From an uncultured Chloroflexia bacterium (GTDB lineage: Bacteria > Chloroflexota > Limnocylindria > Limnocylindrales > CSP1-4), in contig CAWFJD010000017.1 in NCBI GenBank assembly GCA_963816135.1, forward strand, positions 397,064 to 461,063: a stretch of 64,000 nt of DNA. Reading direction: 5' to 3'. The first letter of the stretch is position 1; each line of letters starts with the position of its first letter. The notes beneath the pieces were generated by a model. That model worked only from the letters and a program-made list of their open reading frames with translations, had not been told where the DNA came from and did not search any database. The position numbers and the translations under genes are program-made. Of this stretch, positions 1 through 11,874 are shown piece by piece.

Positions 1-582
<582 letters not shown>

Positions 583-1177
583 TTACTCCCCCAGTTCGAA
601 GCGGACGAAGCGTCGCACCCGGATATTCTCGCCTGTCTTGGCGATGGCTTCAGTGATCAGCGCGCCGACCGTTCGATCTTCGTCGCGGAAGGGCTGCTCG
701 GTCAAGACGACTTCGCTGAACCACTTCTTGAGCTGGCCGTCCACGATCTGGGCGCGAACCGCCTCCGGCTTCGCGGCGACCACGTCGGAGTCCATCAGCT
801 CGGCCTCGCTTGGCCTCGAGAACTTCGGCCGGGATCGCGTCGACGGTCGTGTAGACGGGTCGAAGGCCGGCCACCTGGACGGCGAGCGAACGAACGAGCT
901 TCTGGAACTCGTCGGTGCGAGCGACGAAGTCGGTCTCGCAGTTGACTTCGATCAGGACGCCGATCCGGCTGCCCGGATGGATGTAGCTGGAGATCAGACC
1001 GTCGCGAGCTTCGCGATCGGCGCGCTTCGCCGCGGCAGCCTGGCCGCGCTCCTTGAGGAGCGCGACGGCCTTCTCGACGTCGCCGTCGGTCTCCTCGAGC
1101 GCGCGCTTGCACTCCATGACGCCCGCCCCGCTCTGCTCGCGGAGCGCCTTGACGGTCTCCGCAGTGATCGTCGCCAT
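583..1177 (-). pseudogene. tsf: Elongation factor Ts (frame disrupted as sequenced; one shift near 800-815)
   Basis: ORF 650..1186 carries the EF-Ts N-terminus (TAETVKALREQSGAGVMECKRALEE...IEVNCETDFVART). ORF 583..795, in another frame, carries the contiguous C-terminus (...QLKKWFSEVVLTEQPF...RVRRFVRFELGE). ATG 1177 lies 11 nt after a GGAG. Confidence 0.85.
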
Positions 1178-1309
1178 TTGTTCCAAATCTCCTGTTGTCT
1201 GCGCCGGCCGGCCGGTCTATCCGAGCTCCGGCCGAGCGCTGGTGGTAGATGCGGCCCGGATCGCCGGGCCGGAGAGTGGTCTCACCGGCCCGCGGTCTGG
1301 CGGCTTCTC

Positions 1310-2212
1310 TCAGTGAGCGGCGCGAGGAGTCTCCTCGGCTTCCGGCTCGGCCGCGTGCGGGTGGACGGCCGCGCGGGCTCCCGGAAGGAGTTCTTCCTCT
1401 TCGACGTCCGGCTCGAAGGTCAGGGCCGCGCCGCCGGCAAGTGCCGCGACGAGCTCGTCGGTGGCCGCTTGCTCGACGCCGGGCTCCACGATCGGCTCGA
1501 CGACTTCGGGCTCGGCATTTCGGACGCCGCGATCCCGCTGGCCTTCGATGCACGCGTCGGCGACAAGCTGGCAGAGCAGCCGGATGGCTCGAATGGCGTC
1601 GTCGTTGGCCGGGATGATGTAGTCGAGCTCGTCCGGATCGACGTTGGTGTCGCCGGTGCCGATGATCGGCAGCTCGAGCTTGCGAGCTTCGGTGATGGCG
1701 ATGCGCTCGCGATGCGGGTCGACGATGAAGACCATGCCGGGCAGGCGCTTCATCTTGCGGATGCCGCCGAACGCGGCCCGCAGATGCTCCATCTCCTCGA
1801 CGAGCTTGGCGGTTTCCTTCTTGGTCAGCCGCTCGAAGTCGCCGCTGGCCTGCCGCGCCTCGAGCTGGTCGAGGAGGGCGATGCGCTTCTTGATGGTGAC
1901 GAAGTTGGTGAGCATGCCGCCGAGCCAGCGCTTGTTGACGTAGGGCTGGCCGGCGCGCGTCGCCTCCATCGAAACGGGCTCCTGGGCCTGCTTCTTGGTG
2001 CCGATGAAGAGGACGGACTCGCCGCGGGAGACGGTCTCGCGGGCGGCCTCGAGGGCGAGGTCAAGCCGCTTGACGGTCTGGGCTAGGTCGATGATGTGGA
2101 TCCCGTTGCGCTCCGCGAAGATGAAGGGCTTCATCTTGGGATTCCAGCGCCGGGTCTGGTGGCCGAAGTGGACTCCGGCTTCCAGGAGCTGTCGCATCGA
2201 TGCGGACGCCAT
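1310..2212 (-). CDS. rpsB: 30S ribosomal protein S2
   Basis: Intact 300 aa [25 protein letters not shown]...FIGTKKQA...[13 protein letters not shown] is diagnostic for S2. It has an acidic C-terminal tail. Confidence 0.95.
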   Translation of the reverse strand: MASASMRQLLEAGVHFGHQTRRWNPKMKPFIFAERNGIHIIDLAQTVKRLDLALEAARETVSRGESVLFIGTKKQAQEPVSMEATRAGQPYVNKRWLGGMLTNFVTIKKRIALLDQLEARQASGDFERLTKKETAKLVEEMEHLRAAFGGIRKMKRLPGMVFIVDPHRERIAITEARKLELPIIGTGDTNVDPDELDYIIPANDDAIRAIRLLCQLVADACIEGQRDRGVRNAEPEVVEPIVEPGVEQAATDELVAALAGGAALTFEPDVEEEELLPGARAAVHPHAAEPEAEETPRAAH

Positions 2213-2409
2213 GAACGAACCTCCTGCGGTTGTATCCTCCGCAGCGCTCGAGTCGGAACCGGCTTCCCTCGCGAGGGGTTGACACCGGCACCGCTCCGAC
2301 GCGGTGGCACTGCGTGTGAGCTCCGCCGCCGTTGGGCGGGCGGGTGCGGCCGCTGATGCGGCAGCCGCGGGAGTTTAGCACAGCGGCGAGCGGGATCCGC
2401 CAGATAGAA

Positions 2410-2435
2410 GAGGCCCCGGCAGCTGCCGGGGCCTC
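2410..2435 (-). terminator. Intrinsic terminator downstream of the lipoprotein gene
   Basis: Minus-sense GAGGCCCCGGC-AGCU-GCCGGGGCCUC is a perfect 11 bp stem. It is followed by UUCUAUCU and sits 24 nt after the stop at 2459. Confidence 0.6.
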
Positions 2436-2458
2436 CACTTGTTAGCGAGTTGTCCGGA

Positions 2459-3236
2459 TCAGACCTTCGGGGCCTCGACCTTGTTGGCCGGATCGTTGAT
2501 GTTGGTGATGTCCAGGGTCATCTCGAACGTGGCCGAGCCGCCCGTGGACTTGATGGAGACGCCGACCGGGTAGCCGCCGTCCTTGGCGAGCCAGACGTCC
2601 GCCGACCACGTTCCGCCGGTGACTCCGAGCATGCTGCCGTAGGTGGACATGATGCTTGCGTCGGCCTGGTAGTGGACCGTGGCCATGCCGTTGTGCTGCT
2701 CTTCGCCGACGGCCTTGTAGCTCGTCCGCCGCACTGCCCACGTAGGAGCCGAAGAGCTTCTCCGGGGCGAAGCTGTCGGCCATCGAAGTGCTCGACGGGT
2801 CAGTGGACTCGATCCAGGACGTGCCCATCTTGACGTAGCTCTTGCCGTCGACTTCGATGATCTCCATGCCCATCACGGACATGTAGGCGGCCTTGGTCGG
2901 CTTGGTGACCACGGTGCCCTTGATCGGGTCGCTGCCGAGCAGGTCCCCGTAGGTCCCGCCCTTCATGACCATCGTGAACTTGTAGCTCGTGATGTCCGAG
3001 AGCTTGCTGTACCGACCCGGCAAGACCGCCGCCGCCGTTGTTGGCGGCGGGAGTGGTCTTGGCCCCCGTGCTCGGGGCCGGCGTGCTCTGGGCCCCGCTA
3101 CTCGGGGTTCGAGCCGCCATTATTGGGGGCCTGAGTGGATGAGCTGCTGGCTGCAGCCGCCGAAAGCGACCGCAACACCCATTGCGAGCGCGAGAGCGCC
3201 GGTAAGGCGAAGCGTGCGCGCGGTCGAAGACTTCAA
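2459..3236 (-). pseudogene. Putative secreted lipoprotein (frame disrupted as sequenced; about 3 shifts)
   Basis: TTG 3236 follows GAGGAGAG. The signal peptide plus lipobox reads MKSSTARTLRLTGALALAMGVAVAFGGC. An S/T/P/A linker is readable only in a second frame (2800..3120). The body is split between ORF 2442..3023 and ORF 2459..2734 (ending ...DITNINDPANKVEAPKV). Confidence 0.6.
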
Positions 3237-3369
3237 TTTCTCTCCTCTTGGAACGCCAGTCTTGACCCGTGACGGCGGATCGTGTCCGGCCCTGCTCATA
3301 AGGGTAGCAAAAGAGCCACGCTCACTCGTTCGAACCGCGGTGCGCCGATGCCACACAGACTGGCCGCTT

Positions 3370-3781
3370 TCAGGCAGACAGGGCGTTTCGGTAGAGTCTG
3401 GCGACGAGGGCATCGCCCAGCAGGTTCCACGATCGCGAGGTCGACGGCGATCGGCAGGCGTGGCAGCGGGGTTCCGTCGGGCAGGCAACCGGCCTGCAGC
3501 AGCCGGCCGATGCCGAGCCGCAGCTGGGCCTGCTTTCGATGATCGAACGTCTCCTCGGGAAGACCGAATTCCCGCGATCGGCGAAACCGGACTTCGACCA
3601 CGACAAGCCGACCGGGCGGGCCGGGGTCCACGGCGACGATGTCGAACTCGCTGCGGCCGACGTGGAGGTTTCTCGCGAGGATCCTCCAGCCCCGTTCGCA
3701 CAGGCGGTCCGCGGTGAGCTGCTCCGCCGCGTCACCGGCCATCTGCTTGCCGGTTCGCCGTCCGATTGGCGCGGCTGTCAC
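3370..3781 (-). pseudogene. YraN family (UPF0102) endonuclease-like protein (shift near 3425)
   Basis: ORF 3296..3781 contains GDAAEQLTADRLCERGWRILARN...SEFDIVAVD...LVVVEVRFR, as in YraN. The expected C-terminus (...LLGDALVARLYRNALSA) is in the frame that ends at 3370. Confidence 0.6.
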
Positions 3782-3846
3782 AGACCCTCCTCGGATCCCG
3801 GGCGGCGGTCAGTCGAGTTGCGCCACCGCCTCGATCTCGAGCCCCT

Positions 3847-4674
3847 TCATCGACGATTCTTCCTCGTCGCCGGCGCCTCGACGCCGTCGCCGCAGGGCGA
3901 GCCGCTCGGGTCATTCTCCCAGAGGCTCATTTGCTGGCGCTCACGGCAGGGCGCGAAGGAGATGCGGTGGATCGGGGTGAGGCCCAGAGCCTCGAGTCCG
4001 GCCCGGTGCTCCGGCGCGGCGTAGCCCTTGTTGCTCGCCAGGTCGTAGCCCGGATAGAGCACGTCCAGCTCCTCCATCAGCGCGTCGCGGGCGACTTTGG
4101 CGACGACCGAAGCGGCGGCGACGGATGCGCACAACCGATCCGCCGACACGAGGACACGCTGATGGACGGGCACTTCCGGCAGGGTGACGGCGTCGAGGAG
4201 CAGCGCGTCCGGACGGATCGGGAGGCGGGCGGCGGCAAGGGTCTGGGCCAGCAGCGTCGCCTGGAGGATGTTGATGCGGTCGATCAGCTCCGCGCTCACG
4301 AAGGCGATCGACCAGGCCACGGCGTGCGCCCGGATCTCGACGTCGAGGCGGCGCCGTTCCTCGGGCTTGAGCAGCTTGGAGTCGCGAAGTCCGCGGGGCT
4401 TCCAGTCGGGCGGCAGGATCACCGCGGCGGCGGTCACGGGGCCGGCGAGGCAGCCACGGCCGACTTCGTCGATCCCGGCCACGTGCCGGTAGCCGCGCTC
4501 CCAGAGGATCCGCTCCTCCACGAAGTCCGGGTCCAGGCGGGCCTTGTGCCACGGCTCCACTTCGCGGCGACCGCCCGCGGCGGACATGGCGGAAACAGTC
4601 GGACCCCGCCTGACGCCGGAGGGCGTTCGAACGGGGTCCTCGCCTGGAGGGGCTGAGCGACGGGCGGATGGCAT
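3847..4674 (-). CDS. rnhB: Ribonuclease HII
   Basis: Intact ORF with [16 protein letters not shown]...LRDSKLL...DAV...[20 protein letters not shown]...NKGY. The start is uncertain (ATG 4674 or ATG 4587). Confidence 0.85.
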   Translation of the reverse strand: MPSARRSAPPGEDPVRTPSGVRRGPTVSAMSAAGGRREVEPWHKARLDPDFVEERILWERGYRHVAGIDEVGRGCLAGPVTAAAVILPPDWKPRGLRDSKLLKPEERRRLDVEIRAHAVAWSIAFVSAELIDRINILQATLLAQTLAAARLPIRPDALLLDAVTLPEVPVHQRVLVSADRLCASVAAASVVAKVARDALMEELDVLYPGYDLASNKGYAAPEHRAGLEALGLTPIHRISFAPCRERQQMSLWENDPSGSPCGDGVEAPATRKNRR

Positions 4675-4689
4675 GTCGCTCGCGAGCGT

Positions 4690-5042
4690 CTAGCTGTTGG
4701 TGCGGCGCTCGCGGAGCGTGGCTGCCTTGCCGGAGCGACCGCGCAGGAAGTAGAGCTGGGCGCGGCGGGCCTGGCCGTGGCGCATCACTTCGATCTTGTC
4801 GATGCGCGGGCTGTTGACCTTGAAGGTCCGCTCCACGCCTACACCGGAGGCGACGCGGCGGACGGTGATCGAGCGCTGGATGCCGCCGCCGCGAAGGCGC
4901 ATGACGGTGCCTTCGAAGACCTGGACTGCGTTCGCGGTTGCCTTCGACGACCTTGGCCGCTACGCGGACAGTGTCGCCCGGGCTGAGTTCCGGAATGTCC
5001 GTCCGGATCTGATCCTGGAGTGATCTCGTCGAGCACGTTCAC
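4690..5042 (-). pseudogene. rplS: 50S ribosomal protein L19 (three frames used within about 350 nt)
   Basis: The C-terminus in ORF 4690..4902 reads [27 protein letters not shown]...IDKIEV. Manual translation shows VNVLDEI, then [30 protein letters not shown], then QVFEGTV in successive frames, with shifts near 5005 and 4930. Confidence 0.85.
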
Positions 5043-5254
5043 GTGCTGGTCCCTACTCTTCGTCAAGCGGCGCGGCTGCGCTCATGGTGTGTTCTCCGCA
5101 GCCTGGCTGCGATGAAGACACATTCGAAGAAGGCCGACTCTGCGCGGCCGACGGCGAAGGATAGCACAACCGCTCGCCGGCCGCGGCTGGACAGGGCGCG
5201 CACTGCCGCCAGGACACGACGAGACGCGCTGCGCTCCGCGCCGACTGCCGATTC

Positions 5255-6126
5255 CTAGTCCTCGGCCGGCGGCCTCTCGAGCCGGGCGCCGTCTCCGCGC
5301 CGGCGACCTCCGCGGCACCTCGGCCTCTTCGGCCCGAACCTCGGCGAGGAGCTTCGCCTCTTCCTTGCTGAGCGCCGCGTCCCTCGAGGAGCTCCGGCCG
5401 GCGGCGCAGCGTCCGGCGCAAGAGCTTCCTTGAGCCGCCACTTGCGGACCGCCTCGTGGTTCCCGCCGGTGAGGACCGCGGGCACGGTCAGCCCCGCGAA
5501 TTCCGGCGGACGGGTGAACTGCGGATACTCGAGCAGGCCGGTGGTGAACGACTCCTCGGTCGTCGACTCGGCGTCGATCGCACCGGGGATGAGCCGCAGG
5601 ATCGTGTCGATCATGACCATGCGCCGGAATCTCGCCGCCCGAGAGCACGTAGTCGCCGATCGACAGCTCCAGGTCCACCATCGAGCGGATCCGCTCGTCC
5701 ACGCCCTCGTAGCGCGGGCAGAGGATGACGATGTGCGAGCGCACGCGCGAGGTCGTGGGCGCGAGCCTGGCCGAATACCTCGCCGCCCGGGTCGGGCAGG
5801 ATGACGGTCGAGTCCGGCCGGCGAACCGCTTCGAGCGCGGCCGCTACGGGCTCGGGGCGCAGGACCATGCCCGCTCCCCCGCCGTACGTGTAATCGTCAA
5901 CGGTCTTGTGGCGGCCCAGACCCCACTGCCGGAGATCCTGGACGCGCACCGTGGCCAGTCCCCGGGTCTGGACGCGGCCCGGAATGCTCTCGGCGAGCGG
6001 CCCGGCGAACATGCCGGGAAACAGCGTCAAAACGTCGACCTCCAGGGGTCGACGTTCGATGTTTGGCTCGGCCGATCGGTCGCCGGCCGCGGCGGGTCCG
6101 GACGACTCGTCCAACTCCCCGGTCAC
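5255..6126 (-). pseudogene. trmD: tRNA (guanine37-N1)-methyltransferase TrmD (at least 3 shifts; 3' end uncertain)
   Basis: The N-terminus is in ORF 5611..6126 (VDVLTLFPGMF...TVDDYTYGGGAGMVL). The middle is in ORF 5082..5744 ([16 protein letters not shown]...[15 protein letters not shown]). The next part is in ORF 5255..5620 ([13 protein letters not shown]...LEYPQFTRP...[11 protein letters not shown]). [13 protein letters not shown] and [11 protein letters not shown] are in further frames. Confidence 0.85.
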
Positions 6127-6705
6127 TCGGTGCCGTCGCGAGTTTCGATGCCGTCGACGGCGGCTTCGCCCGCTTCGGGCTCATCGTCCGGCTCTTCCGT
6201 CAAGCCGAGCGCATCGACGTCCACGACGATCTCGCCTCGAGACAGGCGCGAAGATGCGCACCACCGCTCGAACCAGTGGGATGTCGAGCTCGCCGGAAGG
6301 ACCGCGGACCAGAGCGACTTCGGCACCCCCGGCCCGATACAGATCGACGACTTCACCGAGACTGTTGCCTGCGGTATCGACCACCGCGCAGCCGATGACC
6401 TCGTGCCAGTAGAACTCGCCCCGCGGCAGCTGCTCGCCGGGAGCCACCACGACTTCCAGGTAGACGTCGCGCAGCTTCTCGGCCGCCGTCCGGTCGGGAA
6501 CCTCGGCGAAGCGCACCCGCCAGCCGACCTGGTCCTCGTTCGATTCGACGATCGTGAGGGCGGCGTCCGATCCCTCGACGAACAGCGAACGACCGACCGC
6601 GAACCGTTCGGCGGCGCGGTCGGTCAGAGATTCCATCCGGATCGTGCCCTTGAGTCCGTGGAAGCCGCGGACGCGGCCGACTACGAGCCGCTCGCCGACG
6701 CTCAC
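6123..6705 (-). pseudogene. rimM: 16S rRNA processing protein RimM (shift near 6240)
   Basis: ORF 6181..6705 reads VVGRVRGFHGLKGTIRMESLTD...GEFYWHEVIGCAVVD...GEVVDLYRAGGAEVALV. The C-terminus (RGEIVVDVDALGL...) is in the frame of ORF 6123..6356. Its stop overlaps the trmD GTG (GTGA). Confidence 0.8.
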
Positions 6706-6762
6706 GACGCTGGCCGCTTGCCGACGCTCACGGCCTTGGGCTGCCCACTATTCACGTAAAGC

Positions 6763-6997
6763 TCAGCTGATCTCGAGAGAGACCGATTCGCCATCGCGCG
6801 CGGACATGACCTTGAGCAGGGTGCGGAGCGCCTTGGCAACGCTGCCGTTGCGCCCGATCACCTTGCCCATGTCGTCTTCGGCGACGTGAAGCTCGATCAC
6901 GGTCCCTTCGGGGCCGGTCGTGAATCTCCACAACCACTGAGTCGGGATCGTCGACCAGATTCTTAGCGACGTACTCGACCAGATCCTGGGCTGCCAT
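6763..6997 (-). pseudogene. KH-domain RNA-binding protein (YlqC/UPF0109 family; one extra base in the G/C run near 6910)
   Basis: MAAQDLVEYVAKNLVDDPDSVVVEIHDRP continues only after a +1 shift as EGTVIELHVAEDDMGKVIGRNGSVAKALRTLLKVMSARDGESVSLEIS, with a stop at 6763-6765. It sits in the conserved position between rpsP and rimM. Confidence 0.8.
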
Positions 6998-7051
6998 GAG
7001 CCTCCTCTATGTGTGCGCTGCGGACTGCGCAGTTCGACTCGAACCAGGACC

Positions 7052-7327
7052 CTATTTGGCCGCGGCCCTCTTGGTCTCGACCTTGGGGATGACGCCCGCG
7101 TTCTGGAGCAGTCTCGACACGGTGTCAGACGGCTGTGCGCCCTGCGCGAGCCACTTCTTGACCTTGTCGGCGTCTACGGCGAACTCGACCGGGTTCATCC
7201 GGGGGTTGTAGTGGCCGAGGGTCTCGATGGCCTTGCTATCCCGCGCGCTGCGTCCGTCCATGACGACGACCCGATACGCCGGCTGCTTGGTGGCCCCGAC
7301 TCGGGTGAGGCGAATTCGAACTGCCAT
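7052..7327 (-). CDS. rpsP: 30S ribosomal protein S16
   Basis: Intact 91 aa ORF reading MAVRIRLTRVGATKQPAYRVVVMDGRSARDSKAIETLGHYNP. Confidence 0.95.
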   Translation of the reverse strand: MAVRIRLTRVGATKQPAYRVVVMDGRSARDSKAIETLGHYNPRMNPVEFAVDADKVKKWLAQGAQPSDTVSRLLQNAGVIPKVETKRAAAK

Positions 7328-7375
7328 GTGCGAGCTATTTCCTCCTAAAAGATCGGCGGTCGATGGTGGGCGAGT

Positions 7376-9503
7376 CTACCTTGCCATCACCACGAACCGC
7401 ACCATTGACGTGGAGCCATCGATCGAGGCGTAGCCGATGCCACCCAGATGATCGAAATATGGCTTGTAGTTGGTGGTCCAGTTCGACGGACTGGTTGCCA
7501 TCTTGCCGAGCTGGTCTTCGAGCGCCGGCACGTTCAGATAGAACGAAGCCTCGTTGCTCGCGCCGACCGCGTTCATCACGGCGTTGTAGTCCGACTGCGC
7601 GGAAAGCGCGTTCGATGACGTCGTGTCGATGACGGCCTTGGCAAAGTCGTCCTGATATCCGGCGACGATCAGGTTGTCCTTGGTGGTGAGCGCGATCGTC
7701 ACGGCCGGTGTCCCGATGCTCGAGGTTTGCGGCACGGTGATGGTCGTGATGGTCTGGCCGTTGTACGTCTCGGTCGAGCTCTTGAGCCCGCTCGAGCCGC
7801 CCGCCAGAGCGACGAAATTGGTGAGCATCGCGAGCTTGGTCTTGGCCGTCGCGGCGTCGGGAGTCTGGACGACCAGGCCGCCGCCGAAGGTGCCGTTGTG
7901 GTCCGTGACCGCCACCGCGGTGTCCTGGAGCCAATCCACGCCGCCGATGAGGGCGAGCGCGTCCTTGACTTGCTTGATCTGCGCCGCGTCGATGCCCATC
8001 GCGGGTCCCATCGAGGAGAACGAGTCGAGGACCGTGTTGACCTTCTGCCCGACCGAGTGGATTTCGAAGGTGGCGACCGTGTCGCCGGGCAGGCTCGGGG
8101 CGATCTTGCTGTTGTGGTTCGAGTTGCCGGAGCCGGCCGCGGAGGACGTGGCCTCCATGACAATGCGATCGGATTCTGCCCGCACCGAGACCGCCGCCCA
8201 CGTTGGTACCTTGTCGAGGGTGAGCGCCGATGTGCTCGCGCCGAGCATGCTCAGGCTGCCGAGAAGAGGCTGGAGGACGCCGCGCGGGTTCACGTAGAAG
8301 CGCGCCAGGCTGTCGCCCGAGAGCGACTTCATGGCCGCCTGGTAGTTGGCGTCGTCGGCCAGCGAACCCTTCGTCTTGCTGTCCAGGGCGGCCTTGACGG
8401 CGGTGGTCGTGCCGACGATCAGGGCGGAGTTGGTGATGGCGTAGCTGCCCGGCTCGCCGGACATGGCGACCGTATTGAGGGTCTCGCCCGCGTATGTCTG
8501 GGAAGTAGTGGTCACGTGGTTCTTGCCCAGTTCACCGGTCACCCACGTTTGCGCGGCGGATCGATCCTTGAGGGCAACGATCACGACCGCGTCCTCAGGA
8601 GCCATCCCGGAGGTCATGCCCGTGGGCATGCCCATGTCGCCGCCGAGAAGACCCGATAGGTCGCTGGGAAGCGGCACTCCGGAAGGAACCGAGAGGGGGG
8701 GTAGCGTAGGGATCGCGGCGCCTGTGCCCGGCAGGACGGCGATCGAAATCTCGCCCTCCATCCAGGGTTTGAACGCCGAGGTGTAGGCCAGATCCGACGA
8801 GACGCTGCTGGTGAGCTTGTTGAACATCTCGTCCAGCGCGTTGTCGAACTGGGCCCGGTCCGCGAAGCCCGGGAAGTGGCTCATGAAGTCCGCAAGCTTC
8901 TGATGCTGGTCGCCCGGAAGATCCGTCCGGAGTTCCACGAACATCCAGGCGTTCTTCGGCGCCACGCTCGCCGTCAGCGACTTGCTGCCCGAGGCTCCGG
9001 CGAGGACGAACGCGCCCGCCGCGGTGACGAGCGCCACCGTCAGAACGATCGCTCCGGCGATTGCCCAGCGGAAGCGGTGGGAACGGGCCTTGATCATGAC
9101 GGGCTGAACCGGGACTTCCAATCCAGTCGGCGCGTAGCCCGGTTGCGGATAAGGCTGCTGATATTGGGGCGGGAAAGCCTGCGGCGGGTACCCCGGCTGC
9201 CCGTAGGGCTGTTGATACTGCTGTGGGTATCCCTGGGGCTGGGGCGGATAGGCCGGCTGCCCGTACTGCAGCCGGGTACCCGGGCTGTGGCGGATAGGCC
9301 GGGCTGCGGCGGATATCCGGGCTGTGGCGGATACCTGGCTGTGGCGGATAGGCCGGCTGCGGCGGATATCCGGGCTGTGGCGGATACGCCGGCTGCCCGT
9401 ATTGCTGCGGGTAACCCTGGGGCTGTCCCGCATCCGGCGGCGTTCCGGCTTGCTGGTCTGACTGCTGGCCCTGCGGCCGATCCTGACCTTCGAACGGATC
9501 CAT
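7376..9503 (-). pseudogene. Membrane-anchored protein with a Pro/Gln/Tyr-rich N-terminus and a large extracytoplasmic domain (DUF3352-like by recollection; shifts inside the repeat region 9270-9400)
   Basis: ATG 9503 opens MDPFEGQ...GYPQQYGQPAYPPQPGYPPQPAYPPQPG (ORF 8595..9503). YPPQPG-type repeats continue in other frames. The frame of ORF 7376..10921 then gives one TM helix (WAIAGAIVLTVALVTAAGAFVLAG) and about 560 aa of S/T/A-rich globular sequence. The family assignment is from memory only. Confidence 0.5.
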
Positions 9504-9516
9504 GGCGCTTCCCTCG

Positions 9517-10846
9517 TTACTTCCCCAGCATTCCGGGCATTCGGCGGATGCCGCGCATCCCGCCCATCTGCTTCATCATCTTCTGCAGTTCGCTGAACTG
9601 CTTCACGAGTTGATTGACGTCCTGAAGTCGGGTACCCGATCCCTGCGCGATTCTGCGCCGTCGGCCCGCATTCAGGATACCGGGGTCGTTGCGCTCCGCC
9701 GGCGTCATGGATCGGATGATCGCCTCGACGCGTTTGAGATCGCCGCGATCTACGGAAGCCTGGGCCTGCTTGGCCATGCCGCCCAGCCCCGGGATCATCT
9801 CGATGACTCTGCCGAGCGGGCCCATCTTCTGGAGCTGCTGCATCTGGTCGAGCATGTCCTGGAGGGTGAAGCTGTTCTTGCGCATCTTCTCGGCCATGCG
9901 CGCGGCCTGCTTCTCGTCGAACGTCCTCCTGGGCGCGCTCCACGAGCGTCAGGACGTCGCCCATGCCCAGGATGCGGCCGGCCAGGCGATCGGGATAGAA
10001 GGGTTCGAGGGCGTCGGTCTTCTCGCCGGTGCCCAGGAACTTGACCGGCAGGCCGGTGACGGCGCAGATGGAGAGCGCCGCGCCGCCGCGAGCGTCGCCA
10101 TCGATCTTGGTGAGGATCAGGCCCGTGACGGGAACGGCCGTGGCGAAGGCCTGGGCCACGTTGACGGCTTCCTGGCCGGTCATCGCGTCCACGACCAGGA
10201 TCGTCTCCGAGGCCTTGATCCAGGTGGACAGGTCCGCGATCTCCTTCATGAGCGGCTCGTCCACGGTCAGTCGACCCGCGGTGTCCAGGATGACGGTGTC
10301 CCGGACTTGCTTGCGGGCGGCGTCCATGCCGCCTTTGGCGATGTCCTTGACGCTCGTGCCGGTGGGCGCCCGATGGACGGGCATGTCCAGGGACTTGCCC
10401 AGCGTCTCGAGCTGGTCCGCCGCCGCCGGCCGATACGGGTCCGCGGCGACGAGGAGCGGCCGGCGGCCCTGCTTGTGGAGGTGCCGGGCAAGCTTGGCGG
10501 CGGTCGTCGTCTTGCCCGAGCCCTGCAGGCCGACGAGCAGGATGACGGCCGGGTTGCCGGTCAGGTGGAAGGATCGATCGCCCGCGGAAAGGAGCGCGAC
10601 GAGCTCCTCGTTGACGATCTTCACGACCTGCTGGCCGGCCGTCAGGCTGTCCAGGATCTCGGCCCCGGTGGCGCGCTCCCGCACGCGGGCCACGAAATCC
10701 TTGACGACCTTGAAGTTGACGTCGGCTTCGAGCAGGGCCAGCCGGACTTCGCGCATGGCCGCGTCCACGTCGGCGGCGCTCACCCGGCCACGGCCGGTGA
10801 GTGTCCCGAGGGTCTTGCGCAGCCGCTCGCTCAGAGCGTCGAACAT
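9517..10846 (-). pseudogene. ffh: Signal recognition particle protein Ffh (shift near 9915)
   Basis: The NG domain starts at ATG 10846 (MFDALSERL...LVGLQGSGKTTTAAKLA...DTAGRL...LTKIDGDARGGAALS). The M domain is in ORF 9517..9897 (FTLQDMLDQMQQLQKMGPL...RIAQGSGT...QMGGM), in a different frame. Confidence 0.9.
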
Positions 10847-10976
10847 GGGCGGTTGGACTCCCGATCCGTCTCGCCGCCACGGTAGCGTGGGGCGGCGTTG
10901 GGCCGCGGATTCTGGCGGCACCTAAGGCGCGCGGAGTGTACCGCATCGGCGTCCCTGACGACAGAGGGACGGTTGG

Positions 10977-11783
10977 ATGAGCCACTCGAATGGGGCCGGA
11001 CGCGGCATTGCGTGCGGTAACGTTCGCGACGTGGATGAGCGATCGAACCCGCTGCGGCGTCTCTCCCGAGGGAGGACGGACCCGGGCGATTCCCGCCTTC
11101 GCCACGGCGCGGACCTGCTGGCCAGAAACAAGCCCGAGACCGCCGAGCAGGTCTTTCGGTCGGTCCTCGCGGAGTTCCCGGACTCGGCCATTGGCTACGC
11201 GATGCTGGCGATGGCTCTGTCGGACCAGGGCCGCGGCCGCGACGCTCTCTTCAGTGCCGATTTCGCGGTCGCACGGGACCCGCGCCTGGCGCTCGCCCAC
11301 GCCGCTCGCGCCTGCGCCCTCGAGACGATGGGCATGACCTGGGAAGCCGAGATGGAGGGCCGCCAGGCCGTCGCGCTCGCGCCCACGGATCCCAACCGCC
11401 ACTCCGAGCTGGCGGGCATCGTGGGCCGGGCGGGCCGGTACCAGGAAGCGCTCGACATCACCAACCGGGGCCTGTCGCTCAACCCCCAGCATCTGCCCTC
11501 GCTTCACTGCCGCGCCCTCGCCCTGGTTTCGCTGGGCCGGACGGAGGAGGCCCGCCAGGTGCTGTCGTCGGCCCTCCTCGAAGACCTGGATCTGGCTCAG
11601 CTGCGAGCCAGCGTCGGCCTCGCGCTCGAAGGCAAGGGCGACATGCCCCAGGCTGCGATCGAGTATCGCGAGGCGCTCCGGCTGGATCCGTCGGTATCGG
11701 CGGCCCGCGACGGGCTGCGTCGCCTCGAAGGCCGCTACCAGCGCCTCCTGCCGGCGAGGCTTCGGCGGAAGGGCGGGGCCTGA
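10977..11783 (+). CDS. TPR repeat protein
   Basis: Intact 268 aa ORF with repeated A-x-x-x-[FY]/ALxLxP-type helical-pair motifs (AIEYREALRLDP, ALDITNRGLSLNP, GRQAVALAP). The function is unknown. Confidence 0.6.
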   Translation: MSHSNGAGRGIACGNVRDVDERSNPLRRLSRGRTDPGDSRLRHGADLLARNKPETAEQVFRSVLAEFPDSAIGYAMLAMALSDQGRGRDALFSADFAVARDPRLALAHAARACALETMGMTWEAEMEGRQAVALAPTDPNRHSELAGIVGRAGRYQEALDITNRGLSLNPQHLPSLHCRALALVSLGRTEEARQVLSSALLEDLDLAQLRASVGLALEGKGDMPQAAIEYREALRLDPSVSAARDGLRRLEGRYQRLLPARLRRKGGA

Positions 11784-11874
11784 GCCGATCTGCCCGGGTG
11801 GCCGCGCGAGCAATTCGCGAGTTTCACGCCGGGCGGTCGTTATTCAGTCGGATGGCCCGATCTCGGTGACACAC

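Noticed and set aside
9230-9420. Short (~18 nt) tandem DNA repeats considered as a non-coding microsatellite
   Set aside because: They encode the YPPQPG/YPPQPA repeats of the protein that starts at 9503. They are coding low-complexity sequence, although indel-prone.
7376-10921. A single 1181 aa ORF that looks like a giant Ffh fusion protein
   Set aside because: The Ffh NG domain runs out of frame after ...LVERAQEDV, and the real M domain is in ORF 9517..9897. About 400 codons of Arg/Pro-rich nonsense follow before the frame happens to coincide with the downstream membrane-protein gene. It is a read-through artefact of GC-rich sequence plus indels, not a fusion.
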